A stretch of DNA of 57,847 nt, the filler included, from Stramenopiles sp. TOSAG23-6 (taxonomy: Eukaryota): NCBI GenBank assembly GCA_900128565.1. It is 3 parts of 3 records of this genome, joined end to end, with 100 filler letters (N's around TTAATTAATTAA, not from the genome) between each part and the next. Parts side by side here need not be neighbours in the genome. Positions count along the whole stretch, not along the records: positions 19,368 to 38,584 come from LT636053.1; 2 more parts are not named here. One strand, written 5' to 3'. The position numbers and the translations under genes were made by a program. The notes below the pieces were generated by a model. That model did not search any database, was not told the DNA's origin, and saw nothing but the letters and a program-made list of their open reading frames with translations. Each line of letters begins with the position of its first letter. Positions within the stretch are counted from its first letter, which is position 1. This document shows, piece by piece, positions 24,974-34,700 of the stretch.

Positions 24974-26166
24974 ATGGGTGTGTGTGCTTCAAAGACGTTC
25001 CCAATTGAATTATGCAAGGAATACGAAGTCGTTGAGGCTGTCACTTTAACTCTTGCTTTAACTCATCCTTTAACTTCTGTACATGGCGAATTTTATGCGG
25101 CCACACGAATAATGGATGAGACTCCAGTGGCAATAAATAAATACGTATTAAAAGATGAAAAAAACGCACAGTACAAGCAAGAAATGGAAGATATGCGCCG
25201 TGAACTTGGACTCTTTGCAAAGATGAAGCATCCTAATATTCTTGAATACATTGGCCAGTTTGAAACTAAGAAGGAACTCTTTCTTGTGACTGAGCAAATT
25301 AAAGGAGGAGAGTTGTGGCGCACATGTCGAGAAAGGATAATTTTCAAGGAACCACATGCACGACACGTGATTAAGAGTTTGCTTTCTGCTATAGATTATC
25401 TTCATTCGCAAGGAATCGTCCATCGAGATGTAAGACTGGAGACTTTGCTGTTTAAAGAAAAGGTATCGACAGATATAGATGACCCAATCAACTCAACAGT
25501 AAAACTGCATGGGTTTTCGCTTGCGGTGACTGTTGGCGATGATGAATATGGTGGTATTTCAAAAGCTGGTGGGATGCGTTTAGTTCCTCCTGAAGTGGCT
25601 GGTCATATGTTAAAAGAAAGGAACCCAGATCATTGTGACCTTTATGAAGTATCTGGAAACGACAAAACTCCTCTCAACTATGGGAAACCTGCTGATATCT
25701 ATTTGATAGGCTGTGTTACGTATGAATTAATCTGTGGCTATCAATTATTTGATTTTAAAAAATCTGAGATGGCTGTCGTCGATCTGTTGAAGGAAATATC
25801 TAAGGTATGTTTTATTTTTTTTTCAACTTCTATTTTTTTTTCGTACGAAATTTTGTACCTAACGTTTTTTTTTAAATATTTTTTCACAATACATGGTTAC
25901 CTTGAATTCCATTCTCCATATTGGGATGATATATCCGATAGCGCAAAGGAATTCGTCAAGTTTTGCATATATGTTTTATTTTTTTTCAATTTCGAGGTTT
26001 TTTTTTGTTTTTTTGGTTTTTTATAAAAATTTTGTAATTAACAAATTTTACAAAAAAAAATATTTGTTCACAATTCATGGATGTGAACCCAAAAACGAGA
26101 CCCAAAGTGAAGCAATTGATGGAGCATGCATGGATTAAGAAATCAACTAATTCCAAAATGTTCTAA
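24974..26166 (+). CDS. CAMK-like protein kinase, probably a pseudokinase. Exons 24974-25804, 25895-25968, 26079-26166
   Basis: HPNILE, GGEL, IVHRDVRLE, YGKPADIY; spliced C-terminus ISKGYLEFHSPYWDDISDSAKEFVKFCMDVNPKTRPKVKQLMEHAWI. Confidence 0.88.
25805..25894 (+). other. Family intron, GT-AT
   Basis: AAG|GTATGT...ACAT|GGT gives ISK|GYLEF. Confidence 0.9.
25969..26078 (+). other. Family intron, AT-AT
   Basis: Removal gives KFC-M-DVNPKTR. Confidence 0.85.
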
Positions 26167-26230
26167 TAATTAATTATACATTTGTTTATTTCATTTTTTA
26201 GCAAAATTATTATTATAATAATTAGAAATA

Positions 26231-28501
26231 TCAGCAATTTCTGGTACCTGTAGAAGCAAGTTCAATCGTCTGCAACATTGAACGGCCAATGGACATATAT
26301 TGTGGAAAAATATTTCAAAAAAAAAAAAAGAAAATTTGTTAGGTACAAAATTTCCTATGAAAATATAAATTCGATTTTTTTGTAAAAAAAAAATAAAACA
26401 TACTCTATAACTGGTGGAGTGACCGCATTGCCGATTGCATGGTAGAAACGCCACCACTCATTACCTCCGGCACTTCCATTGGCATCGGCAATGGCTCGTG
26501 ACGTCTTAAAAGAATCAGGAAAGCCTTGAAGACGAGCACATATATTGAAAAAAATATTTAAAAAAAAACCTTAGGTACGGAATTTTCTATATAAAAAAAA
26601 TATTAAAAAAAAAAAACTTAGGTACGGAATTTTCTATATAAAAAAATTGAAATTCATCATGAAAACATACATTCCCTTGGCGTTAAGAATCTCGGATTGT
26701 GTGGCGGGTGTCTTGGGACTATTTGACTACGACCAAGGAGATCCTGGTGATAGGATGAAATGATAGCTTGTGTTTGTCGATCTGGCCACATGTACTGTGA
26801 AAAAATATTTTTTTAAATAATCGTTAGGTACACATTTTCGTACGAAAAAAAACAATTCGATAAAAATCATGATGAAAACGTACACAACTCGCTTTGGCAT
26901 TCTTTGCTTAAAAGAACGAGAGCGTTGTACTTTCCCCCATTGCTTATCAGTGAGCGTGATTGCTTTCAGTAATAACGGTTGATAAGATGTAAGGTCTGCC
27001 TCATTTTCGAGTATGTCTGCGGCTCTTAGTGAACACATTTGGTTGAGTTCATCAGGCCATGAGAATGTATTTTGGAAAAATATTTCAAAAAAAAAAACTT
27101 AAAATTTGTTAGGTACAAAATTTCGTATGAAAACCAAAAAAAAAAAAAATCGAAATTGAAATTGAAAAAAAATAAAACATACATGGAGTTTTAACATCAT
27201 TTCTAAACCCTACAAGATATAGTCTATTTCTACGCTGTGGAGTTTTAGAAGCTGAATTAATTGTATTCCAGTACACATGTATAATGAAAAATATGTTTTT
27301 CTTTTTGATTAAAAAAAATTGTTAGGTGCAAAATTTTCAATGAAAAAAATATTAGGGTTAGGGTTTAATAATGATGAAAATGTACATAATAACCAGCATT
27401 CTTCAGTGATAATACAATTTCCCGCATAGCCCCACCAACTGTCGCCATTGCCACTGAATCAGAAGAATTGCCTTTCACTGGCAAACCAATAGTTGTTGTA
27501 GCATTTTCATGTAAATTAGAGTCCTTATTTTTTTTTGAATTTGAATCTATTTCTTTTGAATTTGTACCAGTTGAACAATGAAGTAACCCTGGGACATTCT
27601 CTAGCAGAAAACATTTCGGCATATGATCATTCAAAATTCGAGTGATTTCAAGAAAAAGTGAACCCTTACCCTTGGTATCTTTGAACCCTGGTTGATCTCC
27701 AAGCGTGCTAAACGGCTGACAGGGAAAACCAGCGACGAGCATGTCATGTTCCGGAATATCCACTGATCTCACTTTAGTAATGTCACCTGCCAGGATTGAT
27801 TTTTTTTTTGAAGATGGATCCGAAAAATTTAAAGAATAAATTGCTTTCGCACGATTATCAATTTCAGAAGCGAATACGCAAGTTCCACCAAGGGATTCCA
27901 AGCCAAGTCGAAAACCACCAAGACCTGCAAAAAGCTCTATGAAACGAAATTGTTTTTTTTTTTGAGTCACTATATTTACTGGAACCGGCGATTTCTCTTT
28001 TTTTCCTTCATTCGAACCCCATACAAGCTCCTGACTGGTAGGAATTCGTAGTTGTGGGCGCCAAGAGGCTCTTCCTTCGTCTAACAGCACACGCAACTCA
28101 GCTGGAAGGCAATCGGCGACCTCCCTTGAAACCTCCCTTGAATGTACAACGTTGTTATTTATGTATGCAGTAAGAGCGCTTGTTCCAGGCTCAATAACAG
28201 GAACAACGCGACTCTCTTTTAGAGAGGAGGTCAAAAGAGGCGCAATTATATCAGGGTTACCAAATCGTCCTTGGAGAGTTTCTACCCACAACACCTTTGT
28301 TCGTCGAGGAGGAGGTTCTCTATAGTTTTCGGGATACCAATTCGCAGCCTTAAGCATTTCCACAACGCGTTGTGTGAGTTTGGTCTCAATCATTAATGCT
28401 CCTGCGTTTGCTCCGCATCGAGAGACACCATTGAATTCAAAGTTCATTCCAGGTTGTGCCGCCAATTTGTTGACACTATTCCGCTTCCGCTTCCGACCCA
28501 T
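26231..28501 (-). CDS. DNA (cytosine-5) methyltransferase, bacterial Dcm-like / DNMT6-like. Exons 28501-27386, 27276-27183, 27064-26884, 26789-26671, 26539-26404, 26294-26231
   Basis: Core C5-MTase motifs recovered after splicing: FIELFAGLGG, GFPCQPFS, LLENVPG, PQRRNRLYLVGFR, RFLTPRECARLQGFP, AIGNAVTPPV. Confidence 0.92.
26295..26403 (-). other. Family intron, GT-AT
   Basis: Removal gives GNAVTPPVI-E-SIG. Confidence 0.85.
26540..26670 (-). other. Family intron, GT-AT, with an internal ~47-bp duplication
   Basis: Removal gives LTPRE-C-ARLQGFP. Confidence 0.9.
26790..26883 (-). other. Family intron, GT-AT
   Basis: Removal gives KRV-V-WPDR; the internal CAG is out of frame. Confidence 0.85.
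27065..27182 (-). other. Family intron, GT-AT
   Basis: Removal gives KTP-F-SWP. Confidence 0.85.
27277..27385 (-). other. Family intron, GT-AT
   Basis: Removal gives NAGYY|VYWNTIN. Confidence 0.9.
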
Positions 28502-28760
28502 TTGAATACTCTGGCTTATTAGTATGTAGTATTATTTTTCGTAGAAGAAAACAAACAGACTTGAGATTCAATTTTTGAGACTGACTTCCAAAGTAATAAA
28601 AACACGAAAAGTCACCGATTTCGATTTGCTTTTCAAAATGCATGGAAATTCTTAATTTAATTTCCCAAATCGGGCGTTTCTTATAAAAAAACAAAACAAA
28701 AAAACAACACATATTTATATCATATATCATATCAAAGTATTTATATAATGTCATCAAAGT

Positions 28761-31700
28761 CTATTTTATCTTTTTCCCAAGAGTTGAAATCACTTCAATT
28801 TCTGATTTTTTAGTTCCCACCAAAGCAATTTCATTATTGATGTCATTAATTTTTTTTTCTAGGTATTTCGATTTTGAACTTTTTTTCTCCATATGAACCG
28901 CTAATAATTCAATAAATAACTTTTGGGTTTTTTTCAATGCTTTATATTGACTCTGAAGTTTTACTATTTGTGCTGAATGATTGGATTTTGTTTCAAGTTT
29001 ATTCATGTTATATTTGAGGTGAGGAGCTGAATGATTTTGTGGGTTTCGATTTACATGATTGTGCCATTCTCTTAAAGGTTTCGTCAAAGCTGAATGATTT
29101 TGTAAAAGCATTGGCAATATATTTTTAGCTTTCCTTTTTAGCGGTGTACTTTTCGATTTTCTGAGACTTTTAGTTGTCCACGCATTTTTTTTCTTTTGAT
29201 TATTTGTTTTTTTCTTTTTATTATTAGATTTGGGTTTTACCTTTTTTATTGTAAAAGTAGATGAGCCATTAAATGGAAATGCTTCCATCAAACGACTCCT
29301 TGCCCGCCTCTTTTTTGTATATTTCAATGCTTTTGGAATATTTCTTCCTGCCTTGTATACTTTCCGTACATGTTTTACTCCTCTTTTTCCTATATCTTTA
29401 GTTATCTTGGCTCGATTAATCGTTTTTTTCAAAAGTTTTTCTGAATGTTGATTGAAAGGTTTCTTCAAAGATGTATCTGCTGGTTGTTTTTCCGTTTCTG
29501 AAAACTTTACAACTTTGCTTGAAGCCAGTGTAGTATGATCGCATATTTTCATATTGGCTACATTGTTCACTGATCCTGATTTTTGTGGGTGAAAGATTCT
29601 TGTATTCTTCATCAATCTTTCCGTATTTCTTTGAATTAAGTATTCGCGTTTGACTTTATTATGATCATTAAACACTTTATAATTTTCTGGTAGTACATCT
29701 AGTATTTCGAATAATCGAATAAATAAGTCACCAAATTGTCGATAAGAAATATTTCTTGATAAATTCAATGAAGCTTCTTCGTCGCGAAAACTATATTTTT
29801 GCTTTCGAAATTCCCTCTGGGATTTCTTCATATCGAATTGTGCATTTTGATGCCTCTTTCGCAATCGTGAAAGTAGAGAAGAAAAATCTTTTCCAGTGCA
29901 TTGGACTACAACTGAAAATCTCTCAGAAATGTGGCATAACTCAATTTTGGTTGGCATTGCCATATTAAATGAAGAAGGTTTTAATCGCGGTAGAATTCTT
30001 TTAAAATCTTCTTCTGAGACTATCCCACCTCTTACTCTGTCATATGGTATAAATAAAGCTCTGATAATACTTTTATACTTTTTGCCGAAAATTCGCTGTC
30101 TCTCTTTCAAAACAAAGGCCAGTTTTATTAATCCAATAAATGCTGGTTTTGTGAGACCATATTTATCCCTCAAGAGTTTGACTCGCCTTTCTTTTCGCAA
30201 TAGTTCTATTTGTTTTGAAAATAATCTTTTATTGTGGTGCTTCTTTTCCTCCCATAAAGATGCTTTTTCATGTAGATATTGTTTTACGACTGATAGATCG
30301 CATGTTGTTTGAATACATGTTAAAAGTGCTCGCCAGTGTACCTCATTACAATTAAAAACATCCCCAAATTTTATTAAACATCGAATCTCCGATCGTGATA
30401 TAAAAAGATTACACTTTTGCATAATATTTTGAAATGCTAGAACAAACTTTATCGGTGATATCACACCAATGTTATTTTCATCGTGAGTTTCAAATTCACT
30501 GAAAAATGTGGCTAGACTTACATCTTGATTGTTTACATTGTTGTATGAATCATCTGTATCCTTTTGAATATTATCTTCTGTTGAGATGCGTAGACTCTGA
30601 AAATAAGTATTTAGTGTATTTACGCCAGAAGAAAGAGACACACCTACTTTTTGGACCCGGGCTTTTGGAATAGTAGACTCCAATTTGTTTAACAAGTTAT
30701 ATAATTCTTTCTCTCTGTTTATCCTAAGTCGTATTTTAAAGCTAGGTACTTTCCGACGATGTTTTCTTTTTAATTCCTTGCCAACTTCCTGTGCTGATCG
30801 AATACCTACAACTTCATCTCCTTCCCATTCGAAATGTTGTTTCCATTCAACATGTCTCCCAGTTTTTTCCAGCCAATGAAATATTACCCTTTGAATAGTT
30901 CTAGCTGTTCTATCCAACTTTCGTTGGCGGCGTCTTCTTGACACTCTCTGTATAAAAATTGCGGCTTTTGTTTTGATCCTTGCCTGTCTCACTGCCTGCC
31001 ATTGCCTTTCTAGCATGACTTTATTTCGTTGTGCACTTACAATTGCACAAGATACTTTTACTCTATACGAACATTGAATGGTTAAAGCAGCATTTTGCCT
31101 TTTACGTTCATCGATAATTCTACGAACCTCGTGTTGAATTTTACACGCCGCGACATAGCGAATCCTTCTGAGTTCTCTCATTTTGTCCACAATTTTTTTA
31201 TTTCTGTACATACGCCATGCTGATTGAATTTTAACGAGCGCACTAGAAATATTTCGTTTTATAAAAGAATTTGGCAAAAGACCTGCCACATTAGGCACAA
31301 TCAGAAATTTCTCAAGCTCAGTATCATTATCTGCTAATGTCAATGTATACTTTGGCATTGCATATCCAACTTTTACCATATTTTTCTTGATATGTTTCGT
31401 AGTATTATAAAGACTTCTTGATTGTTCAGATACATTGCTATGAACTTCGTGTATGTCGTCTTTTTCAAAAACTTCCCTCATCTGTGAGAACCATTTATCA
31501 TCATATCTAAAGGCGCTGCGAAACTCCATTCCATCTATGTTACATAAACATGGAAGCCGATCTATTTTGCTTTTACGTCTACTGCATTTAATCCATGAAT
31601 ATTCCACTAAATGAAGATCATGAAGTCGAGAAAAAAGACATCCGTCCATTTCCACAGATGATTCAGTTTTATTTTCATCCTTATTTAAAAACATTTCACC

Positions 31701-34700
31701 TTTACTCTTTTTTACCACCCAAGTACCAACTCGTGGTGGGGCATAGATTTCCTGATTATGTTTTATACATTGTTTAATTAAATCTCTTAAATACACATTA
31801 TTATTCTCTGTATTTACTAGATAAATAATGCCGTCGGGCCCGATTTCTTCTTGAAATTTTACAAGTTTCCCTTCTATTGATATGTTTATACTTCCTAAAC
31901 AAACTTCGCGTTTTTCGATTCCCCAATTACAAAGATCGCGCCCACCAAAAGTAGCTGTATTTTCATACATATTTGATTCAGCTATTTCCTTTACTATGTT
32001 TTCTTGTGCTGATACTTCTTCTGATTCCACTAGTGTCCCTGGAAATGACGGCAATGAAAGTGATGTAGATGATGATGAATGTATTTTTGAAGAAATAGTT
32101 TTATATCTACATGCATTTTCAAGTTCTATGAGATCAAGATCAGATGGACAAGAAATGTTGCGATAGTTCTCGGCTGCATTTGAATGAAAATACGAAGCGT
32201 TCTCAAAATCACATTGTAAAGCATAATGAAATGCTGCCTCTGTACAATGATAACCAGCAGACGGGTAGTTCCCGATGTCTTTGTGATACTTCGCTGCAGC
32301 AATATGATGTTTGATTATTGGTCTGCGGATAAAAAGTACACGTTTTTTGAAGTCCCCTAACCGAGTAGAAATTGGAGGAGATGGTGGCATTGACCAAATA
32401 GTTTTTTTTTTTAAAGGAGAAACCAATAAGGCATTCGCGTCTTCCACACTTGAATTTTCTAAATCCAATCCATTAATGGATAATAACCTCATACCAATAC
32501 ATACACCCCCTCTAATAAACTGTTTCTTTGAATCATTCCAATCACTCGCGAAACCTGCAATTTGCGACCCGCTGCTTTCATGACTTACCGGTCGAAGAAT
32601 TATCCCCGCAGAACTACCCGAAGCACCATTTAAATTTATCGTAACATCATCTTTTTCTATTTCTAGAAATTTTGTATCTTCGATTTTTTCTCCTTTATCG
32701 AGAAACTCGCATAACTGCTGTACACCATTTTTCAAAGTTATATTTCTTCTTTCAATTATTTTAATTTTGTGTGTCACATCCTTCAAATTATTTGTATGTA
32801 AGATGTAGTTTGCTTTTGCCTTTTGAAATAATGCGTCGGCGGCGACTGCAGACCTACGTTGCTCTGGAGTTGCGGTTATTCCATCCGCAATATCTGCCTT
32901 TTTCAAAGCTCGTATTTCTTTTCTGTCTAACTCCTTCTTTAGAGGTTTAATCATACTTTGCAATTTCCTCATGCTTTTTCTATTCATTTCGTACAACTCC
33001 ATTGAATTCTCCAAAGCCTCTACAGCTAATCGATTCTCTGATGTGTTTCTTTCGCGCCTTGATCTAAGCTGTTTTACAAAATTTGATAATTTGTCTATTT
33101 GATGGTATTTATTACCGTAAAATTGGGTTGATAGTAATATTTGTGATATTTTATAGTCATTTGTCCTAAATGCTACATGTAGAGCATTGTTCCCAAGTCT
33201 ATTTTGTATGTCAAGTTTTGCCCCGGTATCCAAAAGTATCATTGCTGCTTGAAATCTATGTTTCGCAATTGCGCGTAATAAACAAGAAGACCCTCGAATG
33301 TCTATTGAATTAGGATCTTCACCGCGCTGCAATAATTTTAGTATCTGAAAATAGTTACCTTGATCAATTGCTTTATGTAATGGATTTCGGGGTTTAATTT
33401 CAATGCCTATAATTTTAGCATATTCTACAAAATCTCTTGCAATATGCCCACGCACTTGCGCCTGTATCATAACAACATACCTTTTTGTCTGTTCTAATCT
33501 AATTTTAAATTCACGTCGACATATCCATCCTCTGAAAGATTTCTGTACAACAATTGATGCGTGTTTTAACTTTTGAAATTTAGTACGATGAATAAATCTT
33601 CTTATTTGAGCTTGTAGTATACACATTGCTGCACGTTTACATGCCATCATAGCAATCACATGGGAGCGACGAAAACATGCCTGGACTTTAGTGATTAGCG
33701 CTAAACGTCGCCGTATCATCTTACGAACCTTTGATTGAGTACTGATAACAAATGTCTCAAGAATACGAAGGTAAAGACGTAATATTACTCCTCTAATAAT
33801 AGCTTGAAATTGAATAATTCCTCGTAAAAATGATAAATAAAGTAATCTTGCGCGCCTACGTCGATAACAACTTTGAACCAATGTTGCCGCAGATATTTTC
33901 TTCTTTAATAATGTACGCGATTTTTGTTTCTTGCTGATGCGTTTTATCATAACAACAGTTGCACTTTTGCCTTCAATTTCTTGTCTTGCTCTCATTCTTC
34001 TTTCACGAGCTTTTCTTCGTGCAATGTGTTTTCGATATTCAATTTGAATTTTGCGTGCTGAAGCATGTTGAGTTTTCAAACGACGTTTCTTTGCAATGCG
34101 TTTTACCATCACTACAGTAGCACTTTTACCTTCTATTTGTTTCCGCGCCTTTTTTCGTCGTACCCATTTTCGATAAACTCTCTGAATTATTCTTACTGCA
34201 TTATGTTGACACTTTAGTTGCATACGGAGAGAATATCCTCTCCAATTACACTGCAATGTAATTGCCGCTCTTGTACGAAGTAACTGTAATGCTTCTTCTC
34301 TCATTTGCTTTACTTTTTTTCTTGCCACATTTCCTCGATAGTATGCTTGTACTATAATTATTTTGCAAATCTTCTTAGCACGTAAACGTTTTGCGATGTG
34401 TCTTCGAATATGTACCTGGATCAAAGATGCAGCCACAAGTAACCCTTTCAAGCGCCACTGTTTTTGAATACGAGCTGCTGCATTTGCTTCCTCTTTTCTT
34501 CTCTTTTTTCTAGCTTCACATGCTTTTTTTTCTGCTATCCGGGCATCTTTTTGCGTCCTTTCTACAGCAGCATCAGCTTCTTTATCCCTTTTTCTTTGTG
34601 TATGCGATCGTTGACATTTTTTTAATCTTAGAGCAGCATAATTTTCATTGCGGCGTTGTTTACGTACATGTATACCTCGACGACGGGCTTGACATGTTGT

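Noticed and set aside
21201-27385. CRISPR-like array of repeats and spacers
   Set aside because: The repeats are ~100 nt, degenerate and irregularly spaced; the 'spacers' are exons of conserved eukaryotic genes; no cas genes are present.
19423-27385. Nucleosome-length periodicity of intron insertion
   Set aside because: Internal exon lengths (32, 133, 153, 57, 94, 181, 119, 136 and others) show no clear period in this small sample.
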